A DNA stretch of 64,000 nucleotides from an uncultured Pseudomonadota bacterium (GTDB lineage Bacteria; Pseudomonadota; Gammaproteobacteria; CAJXQU01), in contig CAJXQU010000001.1 of assembly GCA_913058255.1 (NCBI GenBank), forward strand, positions 502,886 through 566,885, in the 5' to 3' direction. The translations under genes were made by a program, and so were the position numbers. Within the stretch, counting starts at the first letter, position 1. Each line of letters starts with the position of its first letter. Shown piece by piece: positions 54,295-64,000 of this stretch. The notes below the pieces were generated by a model. It was not told the origin of the DNA, ran no database searches, and saw only the letters and a program-made list of their open reading frames with translations.

Positions 54295-56009
54295 TGTCAG
54301 AGTCTGACTCTAAATTGAATACTGACTTTTCCGGAAGACGCCGGTTTATCTTATGTCTATTTACGATCGCTGCATGTGGGTTGGTATTTCGTGTCGTGCA
54401 ATTACAACTTGTAGATAAGGATTTTTTACAAGCAAAGGGCAATGCTCGTTATTTACGCACGGTTGCAATTCCTGCACACCGTGGAGTAATTCAAGATCGT
54501 AACGGTGAGCCTTTAGCAATTAGTACACCTATCAGCGCGATCGCTTGTAATCCAAAGAAGTTGATTCTAGAAAAATCACGTTGGGCTGAGTTAGCAAAAA
54601 TGTTGGATATATCTGAAGCTAAATTAGCGGAAGAAATAAAAAAGCGTGCCAGTCGTGAATTTATGTATTTGAAGCGACAAGTGACGCCAATGCTTGCAGA
54701 AGAGATTCGTGCATTGAACATTTCAGGCGTATTTACGAAAAAAGAATACCGTCGTTTTTATCCTGCTGCTGACGTTGCTGCACATGTTGTCGGTTTTACA
54801 AACATCGATGATAAAGGTCAGGAAGGTATGGAGCTGGCATTTAACCAAATGCTTAAAGGTGAGTCAGGTGCAAAAAAAGTAATTCGAGATCTTGCTGGTC
54901 ATACGATTGAAAATGTAGAAAGTGTAAAAACAGCCGTACCGGGTAATAACCTGACATTAAGTATTGATAAAAGGATTCAATATTTAGCCTATCGCGAATT
55001 AACGGCAGCGGTGTTAGGTCATAAAGCAAAGAGTGGATCGATTGTTGTGATGGATGCGAATTCCGGTGAAATTCTTGCGATGGTGAATCAGCCTTCATAT
55101 AACCCAAATAATCGATATGAATTAAAAGGCGAACATTATAGAAACCGTGCCGTGACGGATGTATTTGAACCGGGTTCAACAATGAAGCCTTTTACTGTAG
55201 CAACAGGTTTAGAAAATGGAACATATAAGCCAAGCACGCAGATAGATACACGTCCGGGACATTATAAGGTCGGTCCAGATACGGTTCGAGATATTCATAA
55301 CTATGGCTTAATCGACGTGTCTACGGTGATCAAAAAGTCCAGTAATGTTGGTGTTTCAAAGATTGCGCTATCAATGGAGCCTGAAGTTCTTTGGGGAACA
55401 TTTAATAAAATTGGTTTAGGAACAACCAGCGGTATTGGTTTTCCTGGAGAGGTTTCTGGACGTCTTAGAGATTACTCAAATTGGCGGAGTATTGAACAAG
55501 CAACCATGTCATTTGGTTATGGAATGTCAGTAACAACGTTGCAGCTTGCACAGGCTTATACCGTGTTGGCAAATGAAGGCGTTATGGCTACGCCTAGCTT
55601 ACTAAAGGTTGAAGAGCCAGAAGAAACTGTTCGTGTTATGAGCAAGAAAACGGCTGAACAAGTTTTGCTAATGATGGAAGGTGTCGTTCAGGATGGAACA
55701 GGAAAACAGGCTCAAATTTTAGGTTATCGCGTGGCTGGTAAAACAGGAACAGCGCATAAATCTTCGGTTGGAGGTTATGCCGAAGATCGATATCAGTCTG
55801 TATTTGCAGGTGTTGTTCCTGTTAGCAATCCAAGATTAGTTGCAGTGGTTATGATCAACGAGCCATCACAGGGCGAATACTATGGTGGCCAAGTTGCAGC
55901 ACCTGCATTTGCAAGGTTGATGGGTGAGACTTTACGTTTAATGAATATATCGCCTGATGATATTTCGTCATTAAAAGAAAAACGATTAGTGGCAGGGAAG
56001 GATCTTTGA
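54291..56009 (+). CDS. ftsI: Peptidoglycan D,D-transpeptidase FtsI (PBP3)
   Basis: STMK active-site serine motif, SSN and KTGT boxes. 572 aa. Confidence 0.9.
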   Translation: MMSESDSKLNTDFSGRRRFILCLFTIAACGLVFRVVQLQLVDKDFLQAKGNARYLRTVAIPAHRGVIQDRNGEPLAISTPISAIACNPKKLILEKSRWAELAKMLDISEAKLAEEIKKRASREFMYLKRQVTPMLAEEIRALNISGVFTKKEYRRFYPAADVAAHVVGFTNIDDKGQEGMELAFNQMLKGESGAKKVIRDLAGHTIENVESVKTAVPGNNLTLSIDKRIQYLAYRELTAAVLGHKAKSGSIVVMDANSGEILAMVNQPSYNPNNRYELKGEHYRNRAVTDVFEPGSTMKPFTVATGLENGTYKPSTQIDTRPGHYKVGPDTVRDIHNYGLIDVSTVIKKSSNVGVSKIALSMEPEVLWGTFNKIGLGTTSGIGFPGEVSGRLRDYSNWRSIEQATMSFGYGMSVTTLQLAQAYTVLANEGVMATPSLLKVEEPEETVRVMSKKTAEQVLLMMEGVVQDGTGKQAQILGYRVAGKTGTAHKSSVGGYAEDRYQSVFAGVVPVSNPRLVAVVMINEPSQGEYYGGQVAAPAFARLMGETLRLMNISPDDISSLKEKRLVAGKDL

Positions 56010-57550
56010 TTATGACAGCAATGAATCATCGTGGTGTCTACCTGAGTGAGCTCTTGAAGGATTTTGCTGCTGTTGAAGCAGAGCAAAATATGCAGATCTC
56101 AGGGATAGAAATGGATAGTAGAAATGTCCATCAAGGTGATTGTTTTATTGCTGTTAATGGAGAGCATGCTAACGGAATAGACTTTATACCTGATGCAATT
56201 TGCAAAGGTGCAGCCGCAGTCCTAGTTGATACAAATGATGCCGAATTAATCAGAAAGTATTTAGAAACTGAAACTAGCCCTTGGAACATAATCTTTGTAG
56301 ACCAGCTAGATGTAAAAGCGGGACAAATTGTTCACCGTTATTATGGACAACCAACAGAGTTTATGAAAATGATTGGTGTTACGGGCACAAATGCTAAGAC
56401 ATCGGTCAGTTATTTTATTGGTCAAGCTATTGATAATATTTCAGGTAGTGGCACCTGCGGAGTAATAGGAACATTAGGTAATGGTCTGCTTGGTGAATTC
56501 ATTTCAAGTGGAATGACAACGCCGGATACTATTTGTTTACATCAATCGCTATCGAGGCTACGTGATCGAGGTGCTCATGCTACCGTCGTTGAAGCATCAT
56601 CACACGGCTTGGCTCAGCATCGATTAAGTGGTGTTGAATTTGATGTCGCAGTGTTCACCAACCTAACGCAAGATCATCTTGATTATCATGGTGATATGAC
56701 AAGCTATGGTGCTGCGAAATTAGAGTTATTTAAATCTCCCGATCTACAAGCTGCGGTGGTCAATTTAGACGATCCTTTTTCAGAGAAAGTCATCGATCTT
56801 TTGCGTGAAAGAGAAGATGAAGTGAAGATCACGGGCTATACACTGGGTAAACAACAGTATTCGGGGATCAGGACAATTCGTTGTAGCAAGTTAAAGGTGT
56901 CTGCGAATGGTTTATCGATGGACATAGATACGCCGGAAGGATCAAACATACTAAAGACTAGTCTGTTAGGTCGGTTCAATGCGAGCAATTTATTAGCTGC
57001 TCTGGGTGCCTTGATGGCCTGTGGTTTTCGTTTGAATGATGCCTTACAAGCACTTGCTGAAGTACAAGGAGTGCCAGGTCGAATGGAAGCTTTCGTACAA
57101 AAAAATCAGGCCGCAGTCATTGTTGATTTTGCCCACACTCCAGATAGCCTAAGTAAGACATTAGAAACATTAAAAGAGATTTGTAAAGGCAAGTTGTGGT
57201 GTGTGTTTGGTTGTGGTGGAGATAGAGATAAAAGTAAACGTGCGCTCATGGGCGCCGCAGCCGAGTTGCATGCAGATCAAGTTATTATTACAGATGATAA
57301 TCCTCGATCAGAAGAACCGAGCATCATTGCAAGTCGCATTCTTTCTGGTATGAAAAAACCTGTCAATGCAAAGGTGATTTTAGATCGGAAGGTCGCTATT
57401 GAAACAGCGATTAGAGAAGCTGCACCTAAAGATATTATTCTAGTTGCCGGAAAGGGTCATGAAGATTGGCAGGAAATTAAAGGACAGAAATTTTCTTTTA
57501 ATGACCGTAATGTTGTTTTGAATCTAATCGGCAAAGGAAGTGAAAAATGA
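56006..57550 (+). CDS. murE: UDP-N-acetylmuramoyl-L-alanyl-D-glutamate--2,6-diaminopimelate ligase
   Basis: Mur ligase with GVTGTNxKTS P-loop and DNPR motif. Confidence 0.9.
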   Translation: MIMTAMNHRGVYLSELLKDFAAVEAEQNMQISGIEMDSRNVHQGDCFIAVNGEHANGIDFIPDAICKGAAAVLVDTNDAELIRKYLETETSPWNIIFVDQLDVKAGQIVHRYYGQPTEFMKMIGVTGTNAKTSVSYFIGQAIDNISGSGTCGVIGTLGNGLLGEFISSGMTTPDTICLHQSLSRLRDRGAHATVVEASSHGLAQHRLSGVEFDVAVFTNLTQDHLDYHGDMTSYGAAKLELFKSPDLQAAVVNLDDPFSEKVIDLLREREDEVKITGYTLGKQQYSGIRTIRCSKLKVSANGLSMDIDTPEGSNILKTSLLGRFNASNLLAALGALMACGFRLNDALQALAEVQGVPGRMEAFVQKNQAAVIVDFAHTPDSLSKTLETLKEICKGKLWCVFGCGGDRDKSKRALMGAAAELHADQVIITDDNPRSEEPSIIASRILSGMKKPVNAKVILDRKVAIETAIREAAPKDIILVAGKGHEDWQEIKGQKFSFNDRNVVLNLIGKGSEK

Positions 57551-58920
57551 TCAGCTTTTCATTGCAACATATAGCCGATCAGCTAGATGCAAAGTTAATA
57601 GGTCAAGACGTAATCTTTGAAGGTTGTTCTACAGACACAAGAAGCATTAAAAAAGGTGAGTTATTTGTTGCTTTGAGTGGCCCTAGTTTTGATGGTCATG
57701 ATTATATTTCGATGGCCGAAAAATTAGGTGCTATAGCCGTTGTAGTCGATCGAGATGTCACTACAAAACTACCAGTGATAAAAGTACAAGATACGCATCT
57801 AGCATTATCTGAAGTAGCAAGACTATGGCGAGAAGAATTTTCAATGCCCGTAATTGCGATTACTGGCAGTAACGGTAAAACAACCGTTAAAGAAATGATT
57901 AGTTCTATCTTGTCTCGTTGTGGAAATATTCTGGCAACAAAAGGCAATTTAAATAACGAAATAGGTGTACCACAAACCTTATTTAATCTTGAACAAAAAC
58001 ATAACTATGCCGTGATTGAAATGGGTGCAAATCATGGTGGAGAGATCACGAGCCTTTGTGAGATAGCGCAACCAAAAGTGGCCGTTGTTACACAGTGCGC
58101 ACCATCGCACCTTGAAGGCTTTGGTTCGATAGAAGGTGTTGCAAAAGCTAAAGGTGAAATTTTTGAATTTTTAGCAAAAGATGCAGAAGAAAATATTGCT
58201 GTAATAAATGCTGATGATGACTATGCGTCACTTTGGAAGAAACTTGCAGGGAACAGCAGAATTATAAGTTTTGGTTTAGATGCTAAGGATGTAGATGTTA
58301 GTGCTTCAGTTATCGAAATGAATACAAAGGAAAGCCGAATCTTATTACAAGCAGAAGGACAAACAATGAAACTTAGGCTGCCTTTAGCGGGTAAGCATAA
58401 TGTTTTGAATGCGCTTGCAGCCACAGCATGTGCGTTAGCTTTAAATGTATCAATGGAAGTTATTCGTGATGGTTTACAAGTGGTTAAATCAGTACCTGGT
58501 AGATTGCAGTTTAAAGTCGGAATAAAAAACCTACAGATTATCGATGACACATATAATGCAAATCCTCGTTCATACGCAGCAGCACTAGACGTATTGAGTC
58601 AGTCAAAGGGCCAGCATTGGTTAGCGTTAGGTGACATGGGAGAGCTTGGAGATACGGCTGAAAAATTACATACAGAAGCAGGTGAGCAAGCACGTATATC
58701 TGGCGTTGAAAGAATGTTCACATTAGGGGAATTGAGTCAAAAAGCGACAGAGTCATTTGGTGCTGGAGCACAACATTTCACGGATCAGAAACAACTAATA
58801 AAAATAATAAAAAATGAGTTGGATAAGGACATCACGCTCTTAATAAAAGGTTCTCGCTTTACCCATATGGAAAGGGTTGTGCAGGCACTGGAGAGTAATA
58901 ATGCTTCTACTTCTTGCTGA
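57547..58920 (+). CDS. murF: UDP-N-acetylmuramoyl-tripeptide--D-alanyl-D-alanine ligase
   Basis: Mur ligase with [10 protein letters not shown]-loop. Position after murE. Confidence 0.9.
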   Translation: MISFSLQHIADQLDAKLIGQDVIFEGCSTDTRSIKKGELFVALSGPSFDGHDYISMAEKLGAIAVVVDRDVTTKLPVIKVQDTHLALSEVARLWREEFSMPVIAITGSNGKTTVKEMISSILSRCGNILATKGNLNNEIGVPQTLFNLEQKHNYAVIEMGANHGGEITSLCEIAQPKVAVVTQCAPSHLEGFGSIEGVAKAKGEIFEFLAKDAEENIAVINADDDYASLWKKLAGNSRIISFGLDAKDVDVSASVIEMNTKESRILLQAEGQTMKLRLPLAGKHNVLNALAATACALALNVSMEVIRDGLQVVKSVPGRLQFKVGIKNLQIIDDTYNANPRSYAAALDVLSQSKGQHWLALGDMGELGDTAEKLHTEAGEQARISGVERMFTLGELSQKATESFGAGAQHFTDQKQLIKIIKNELDKDITLLIKGSRFTHMERVVQALESNNASTSC

Positions 58921-59983
58921 CTATTTAACTCAGTACCACACTGGATTCGGGGTTTTTCAATACCTAACGTTGAGAACAATATTGGGTGTATTAACCGCAT
59001 TGTTTATATCGCTGGCTGTTGGCCCATGTATGATCAGATATCTTAAGCGTTATCAGCTTGGCCAGAGTGTGCGTTCTGATGGCCCAGAAACTCATTTAGT
59101 GAAGGCTGGAACACCAACAATGGGTGGTTTATTAATCCTTGTAGCGGTTGGTGTTAGCACTCTCTTATGGGGCGATTTAAACAACCGATTTATTTGGGTT
59201 GTGTTACTCGTGACAGCATTATTTGGTGTTGTCGGGTGGATCGATGATTACAAAAAAATAGTTGAAAAAGATCCAAGAGGATTGATTGCAAGATATAAAT
59301 ATTTAGGACAGTCAATTGTTGGGATTATTGCTGCGATTTTTTTATATACAACAGCGGTTACAACCGCAGAAACAGAGTTACTGATCCCCTTCTTTAAAAA
59401 TGCCAGTATTACACTGGGCATTTTTTATATTCCTTTTGCATATTTTGTTATTGTTGGAACAAGTAATGCGGTGAACTTGACCGACGGTTTAGATGGATTG
59501 GCAATCATGCCATGTGTGTTGGTCGCAGGGGCATTTATTATCTTTGCTTATGTTACAGGTAATGTGAATTTCTCTGATTATTTAGGATTTCCATACATTG
59601 CTGGAACGGGTGAACTTTGCATTTTTTGCGGTTCGATCGTAGGGGCCGGATTAGGTTTTCTATGGTTCAACACATATCCAGCACAAGTTTTCATGGGTGA
59701 TATTGGAGCCTTAGCTTTAGGCGCTGCACTAGGAACAGTTGCCGTTATGGTTCGACAAGAATTAGTGCTGTTTATTATGGGAGGCATCTTTGTAATAGAA
59801 ACCGTGTCAGTGATTTTGCAGGTTGCATCATTCAAATTGACAGGAAAAAGAATTTTTAACATGGCTCCATTACATCATCATTACGAACTTAAAGGATGGC
59901 CAGAACCAAGAGTTATTGTGCGGTTTTGGATTATTACCGTCATGTTAGTTTTACTTGGTTTAGCAACCTTAAAAATACGATAG
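58901..59983 (+). CDS. mraY: Phospho-N-acetylmuramoyl-pentapeptide transferase
   Basis: Collinear with the E. coli MraY sequence as recalled from memory (MLxxLAxxL…FxYLTx[12 protein letters not shown]). Start moved to the internal Met (ORF track begins at 58877). Confidence 0.9.
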   Translation: MLLLLADYLTQYHTGFGVFQYLTLRTILGVLTALFISLAVGPCMIRYLKRYQLGQSVRSDGPETHLVKAGTPTMGGLLILVAVGVSTLLWGDLNNRFIWVVLLVTALFGVVGWIDDYKKIVEKDPRGLIARYKYLGQSIVGIIAAIFLYTTAVTTAETELLIPFFKNASITLGIFYIPFAYFVIVGTSNAVNLTDGLDGLAIMPCVLVAGAFIIFAYVTGNVNFSDYLGFPYIAGTGELCIFCGSIVGAGLGFLWFNTYPAQVFMGDIGALALGAALGTVAVMVRQELVLFIMGGIFVIETVSVILQVASFKLTGKRIFNMAPLHHHYELKGWPEPRVIVRFWIITVMLVLLGLATLKIR

Positions 59984-60010
59984 GAATAAGTAGTGACAGA
60001 AAAATCGCGT

Positions 60011-61372
60011 ATGAATAAACAGCACAACTTAAATGTTGACACTGTGATCGTCGGTCTCGGCGTGACAGGTTTATCATGCGCGCGTTTTCTTGGTAGCAGA
60101 GGTTTATCTTTTGCTGTGACTGATACCCGGGAAACGCCTCCAGGCTTAGTAGAACTAATGGAAGAGTTTCCTAATACGGTTATTAGTACCAGTGAATTAG
60201 ATTTAGATCTGATCATGAGTGCTAAACAATGTTTAGTAAGCCCTGGAATTTCTATAAAGACTCCGGCTTTGATTGATGCGGAGCAGGCTGGGGTTGAAAT
60301 CATTGGGGATATCGAACTCTTTGCTCGCCATGCCGATGCTCCTGTGGTTTCTATTACGGGTGCAAATGGAAAGAGCACGGTGACAACACTCGTGTATGAG
60401 ATGGCGAAAGCAGCGGGTTTAGATGTTAGGGCAGGTGGTAATTTAGGTCTACCTGCTCTTGACTTGATCGATGATATTGAGCCTGACCTTTATATTCTAG
60501 AACTGTCTAGTTTTCAGTTGGAAACAACACATAATTTAAACTCTTTAGCAGCGACAGTCTTAAATATTTCTGAAGATCATATGGACCGATATGCTGGTAT
60601 AGCAGACTATGCTGGAGCTAAGGAAAGAGTTTATCAAGGTAGTGGCGCGATGATCATCAACTCAGACGATCCTGCTGTTGGTCGGATGACCAATGTTAAT
60701 CGTGAGATCATACGTTTTACGCTAAACGAACCGATGGAAAGTGAGTTCGGTATTCTGCACAAAGACAATGAAGCTTGGTTGGCATTTGGTGATCAATATT
60801 TAATATCGATCAGCGAAATGAAAATACAAGGACTGCATAATATTTCGAATGCACTTGCTGCATTAGCGTTAGGAAGAGCTGCTGGAATAGCTGATGAACC
60901 TATGCTTGACGTATTACGTACATGGCCAGGCTTATCTCATCGATGTGAATGGATTGCTGAGCATAATGGTGTGGATTGGTACAACGATTCAAAAGGGACT
61001 AATGAAGGTGCAACGGTTGCTGCTATAAATGGTTTTGCTGATAGACCTATTATTTTGATTGCGGGCGGAGATGGTAAAGGTGCGAAGTTCAATGATCTTG
61101 CTACGGCTGCGAAAGGGGCAGTAAAACAAGCAATACTGTTTGGAAAAGACGCTCCTTTATTAGAAAATAAACTACAAGCAGTGACCGAAATTATACGAGT
61201 CAAAGATCTTGCTGAAGCCGTTAAAGTTGCAGGTAAAATAGCAGTGAAAGGTGACAGGGTCTTATTGTCGCCAGCTTGTGCAAGTTTGGATATGTTTAAA
61301 AATTATATTGTTCGCGCTGAAGAGTTTATTAAGGCTGTTAATGAATTCGTAAATCAGGGGGTAGAGATATGA
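60011..61372 (+). CDS. murD: UDP-N-acetylmuramoylalanine--D-glutamate ligase
   Basis: VIVGLGxTGLSC Rossmann start, ITGxNGKSTVT P-loop, SPACASLDxFKN C-terminus. An alternative GTG start lies at 59993. Confidence 0.9.
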   Translation: MNKQHNLNVDTVIVGLGVTGLSCARFLGSRGLSFAVTDTRETPPGLVELMEEFPNTVISTSELDLDLIMSAKQCLVSPGISIKTPALIDAEQAGVEIIGDIELFARHADAPVVSITGANGKSTVTTLVYEMAKAAGLDVRAGGNLGLPALDLIDDIEPDLYILELSSFQLETTHNLNSLAATVLNISEDHMDRYAGIADYAGAKERVYQGSGAMIINSDDPAVGRMTNVNREIIRFTLNEPMESEFGILHKDNEAWLAFGDQYLISISEMKIQGLHNISNALAALALGRAAGIADEPMLDVLRTWPGLSHRCEWIAEHNGVDWYNDSKGTNEGATVAAINGFADRPIILIAGGDGKGAKFNDLATAAKGAVKQAILFGKDAPLLENKLQAVTEIIRVKDLAEAVKVAGKIAVKGDRVLLSPACASLDMFKNYIVRAEEFIKAVNEFVNQGVEI

Positions 61373-62565
61373 GCCAAGCTATCCCAATGAAAGAAAACCA
61401 AAGTAATATGTTTGGTCGAACACTTTATAAAAATGATGAGAAATATGATTGGTGGTTGATCTGTTGTGTAATGATTCTGATCAGTCTTGGCTTGGTTATG
61501 GTTGCCTCAGCATCGATTTCAATAGCGGATCCATTAGGCAAAGAAGATGGTGTGAAATTATATTATTTCTGGCGTCAGGTCGTTGCGTTATCTATCGGGT
61601 TTACAGGCGGTATAGTCGCTCTAAAGACACCACTATATTTGCTTAAGGAATTTCGTTATTTGTTTCTGTTTATTTCTTTTGTATTGCTAGTGGCAGTTAT
61701 TTCTCCATTGGGTAAAGAAGTTAATGGTGCATCACGTTGGGTCGATTTAGGCGTATATGATTTACAAGCTTCGGAAATCACTAAATTACTGCTTATTATC
61801 TATTTAGCCGGTTACATGGAAAAACATTTAGAGTCCGTTAGAACGTCATTTTCTGGGCTCTATAATCCTATTATTGTAATGATACTTATTTGTTTTCTGT
61901 TATTGATGGAACCAGATTTTGGAACGTCAGTTTTATTATTTTCAAGCATGTTGGGAATGCTCTTTATTGCCGGTGTTCCGTTATTAAGAATAATTGTCTG
62001 GGGAAGCGTCGCGGTGATGCTCCTTGCATCTGCGGCATTAATGTCTCCTTATCGTTTACAACGTTTGCTCACTTACGTGGACCCCTGGGCGGATCCTTTC
62101 GGTGCAGGCTTTCAATTGATCCAAGCGTTAATCGCAATAGGCCGAGGCGAATGGTTTGGTGTTGGTTTAGGAAGCAGTGTTCAAAAATTATTTTACCTAC
62201 CAGAAGCTCACACTGATTTTATTTTTTCTGTGTTTGCTGAAGAACTAGGCTTGTTCGGTTGCTTAAGTTTGATTGCTGTTTTTTCTTTCTTTATATGGCG
62301 AGTGTTTTACATTGCAGTTCAAGCGGAAAGAGAAGGCCGATATTTCCCAGCTTTTCTAGCCTACGGATTTGGGTTATTGATCGGTATGCAGGCATTCCTA
62401 AACATGGGTGTGAATATGGGCGTGCTGCCTACGAAGGGGTTAACACTACCGTTTATTAGTTATGGTGGTAACAGCATGATCATGATGTGTATAGCGACAG
62501 CATTAATCTTACGCGTTGATCATGAAACTCGTATGGGGAACAATTATGAGGGCGACGAAGAATGA
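61369..62565 (+). CDS. ftsW: Peptidoglycan glycosyltransferase FtsW (SEDS family)
   Basis: 10-TM SEDS protein with the conserved PEAHTDFIFS region. Confidence 0.9.
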   Translation: MSQAIPMKENQSNMFGRTLYKNDEKYDWWLICCVMILISLGLVMVASASISIADPLGKEDGVKLYYFWRQVVALSIGFTGGIVALKTPLYLLKEFRYLFLFISFVLLVAVISPLGKEVNGASRWVDLGVYDLQASEITKLLLIIYLAGYMEKHLESVRTSFSGLYNPIIVMILICFLLLMEPDFGTSVLLFSSMLGMLFIAGVPLLRIIVWGSVAVMLLASAALMSPYRLQRLLTYVDPWADPFGAGFQLIQALIAIGRGEWFGVGLGSSVQKLFYLPEAHTDFIFSVFAEELGLFGCLSLIAVFSFFIWRVFYIAVQAEREGRYFPAFLAYGFGLLIGMQAFLNMGVNMGVLPTKGLTLPFISYGGNSMIMMCIATALILRVDHETRMGNNYEGDEE

Positions 62566-63623
62566 CTCGTCCGATCATGATCATGGCTGGCGGAACAGGA
62601 GGACATGTTTTTCCTGCATTAGCCGTTGCTGATTATTTAAAAGCAAAAGAAATTCCTGTGTTGTGGTTAGGTACAGAGAAAGGCTTGGAAGCGAGAGTTG
62701 TACCTGAAGCTGGATACCAACTTTTAACGCTAAGTATCGCTGGTATTCGAGGTAAGAGTGGGATAACAATTCTTCTAGCACCATTCAGAATTTTATTTGC
62801 CGTCATACAAGCACTAAAAGTGGTGGTCACACATCGACCAGCTGCAGTGTTGGGCATGGGTGGATTTGCAAGTGGCCCAGGAGGGATCGCTGCGTGGTTA
62901 ATGCGTACACCTGTGATAATTCATGAGCAAAATGCAATAGCAGGGATGACTAATAAATGGCTTTCAAGAATAGCTACACGAGTCTTTGAAGCATTTCCTG
63001 GAGCATTTCCAACGAATATAACTGCGGAACATGTAGGTAATCCCGTTCGTGCTGCGATAGAAAATATACAAAAGAAAAATAAAGAAAATAAAACACTTAG
63101 AGTTTTGATCGTTGGCGGAAGCCTCGGTGCAATGACTTTGAATAAGGTTGTGCCTGCAAGCTTGGCGAAAGTTTCAGGAAAAATAGAAATATGGCATCAA
63201 ACTGGTCAGCGTGATTTTGAAGCGACGCAAGAAGAGTATATAGCGCTAGGAATTGATGCAAAAGTGGAATCATTTCTTAATGATATGGATCAAGCCTATG
63301 CATGGGCTGATCTCGTTATTTGCCGATCGGGAGCATTAACCGTATCAGAATTAGCCGCTGCAGGTTTACCCGCTATTTTAGTGCCATACCCCTATGCTGT
63401 TGATGATCATCAAACAGCGAATGGAGAATATTTAGCCAGTGCGGACGCTGCTGTGATTATTAATGATAAAGATTTTTCGGAAGAAAAATTGATCACAATA
63501 ATAAATGAGTGGATAGCAAAGCCAGAACGATTAAAAGAAATGTCCGTTAAGGCGAAGGGAAAAGCCATAAAAGGTGCAACCAAAAATGTAGCGAATGCAT
63601 TAATGGAGGTGGCTTATGGATAG
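62562..63623 (+). CDS. murG: Undecaprenyl-PP-MurNAc-pentapeptide-UDP-GlcNAc GlcNAc transferase
   Basis: [16 protein letters not shown] start, GT28 family. 353 aa. Confidence 0.9.
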   Translation: MTRPIMIMAGGTGGHVFPALAVADYLKAKEIPVLWLGTEKGLEARVVPEAGYQLLTLSIAGIRGKSGITILLAPFRILFAVIQALKVVVTHRPAAVLGMGGFASGPGGIAAWLMRTPVIIHEQNAIAGMTNKWLSRIATRVFEAFPGAFPTNITAEHVGNPVRAAIENIQKKNKENKTLRVLIVGGSLGAMTLNKVVPASLAKVSGKIEIWHQTGQRDFEATQEEYIALGIDAKVESFLNDMDQAYAWADLVICRSGALTVSELAAAGLPAILVPYPYAVDDHQTANGEYLASADAAVIINDKDFSEEKLITIINEWIAKPERLKEMSVKAKGKAIKGATKNVANALMEVAYG

Positions 63624-64000
63624 GCAAGAAATGGAAACTATGGGCATGGGGCGCACACGAAATATTCATTTCGTCGGTATTGGTGGCGTCGGCATGAGCG
63701 GTATTGCAGAAGTTCTACACAATCTGGGTTATCGCATCTCTGGTTCAGATATCAAAGGTAATGCGGTTACAAAACATTTGGCTGAACTTGGCATAACTAT
63801 TTATATAGGCCACAAAGCTGAACAAGTAGGAATAAGTGATGCTGTTGTAGTTTCCAGTGCTATCGATATAGAGAATCCTGAAATTACATTCGCAAAAGAA
63901 AAACGTATTCCCATTATTCCTCGAGCAGAAATGCTAGCGGAATTAATGCGCTTTCGTTATGGAATTGCTGTCGCTGGAACACATGGAAAAACAACAACAA
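63616..64000 (+). CDS. murC: UDP-N-acetylmuramate--L-alanine ligase, 3' partial (runs off the window end)
   Basis: [29 protein letters not shown] and [10 protein letters not shown]-loop. ATG overlaps the murG stop. Confidence 0.85.
   Translation, partial: MDRQEMETMGMGRTRNIHFVGIGGVGMSGIAEVLHNLGYRISGSDIKGNAVTKHLAELGITIYIGHKAEQVGISDAVVVSSAIDIENPEITFAKEKRIPIIPRAEMLAELMRFRYGIAVAGTHGKTTT

Noticed and set aside
59881-60378. 165-aa minus-strand ORF across the mraY/murD junction
   Set aside because: Antisense to mraY/murD within the tightly packed dcw cluster. No recognisable motifs.

Overview
This 64-kb window looks like a low-GC (roughly 40%) gammaproteobacterial chromosome; the GC figure is an estimate by eye. 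Most of the window is conserved housekeeping synteny. The blocks, in order, are a partial AI-2E transporter; hda; ilvI-ilvH-ilvC; a short psd-like gene plus a CDP-alcohol-type pssA; leuA with a family-4 UDG, rimI and cysM; the mlaFEDCB-ibaG-murA block followed by hisG(short)-hisD-hisC; petABC-sspAB; the E. coli-like dolP-diaA-yraN-lpoA / rsmI cluster; the RNase P RNA (rnpB), which the ORF track mis-calls as two minus-strand ORFs; and the dcw cluster from mraZ to murC with a recognisable Pmra promoter and MraZ GTGG(G/A) operator repeats. There are several accessory or poorly characterised segments. First, a trypsin-like protease and an FHA-domain membrane protein are translationally coupled behind hda. 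Second, a pair of internally repetitive envelope proteins: one with EKIVEK coiled repeats and two HhH-like IEGIGPKI modules, the other with four tandem Ig-like repeats and an OmpA-like C-terminus. Third, a MipA-like barrel next to a two-component system whose kinase has a duplicated periplasmic module. Fourth, a four-gene operon ending in a GDYXXLXY protein, with two polytopic membrane proteins resembling the DUF2157/DUF4401 partners. Fifth, an AT-rich islet between rnpB and mraZ carrying a DUF2971-like protein and a signal-peptide-bearing minimal LigE-type ATP-dependent DNA ligase. No CRISPR arrays, transposases, rRNA or tRNA genes were recognised. Start codons for several genes were adjusted from the ORF track by comparison with remembered E. 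coli homologues; every annotation is by eye, with no database searches run.
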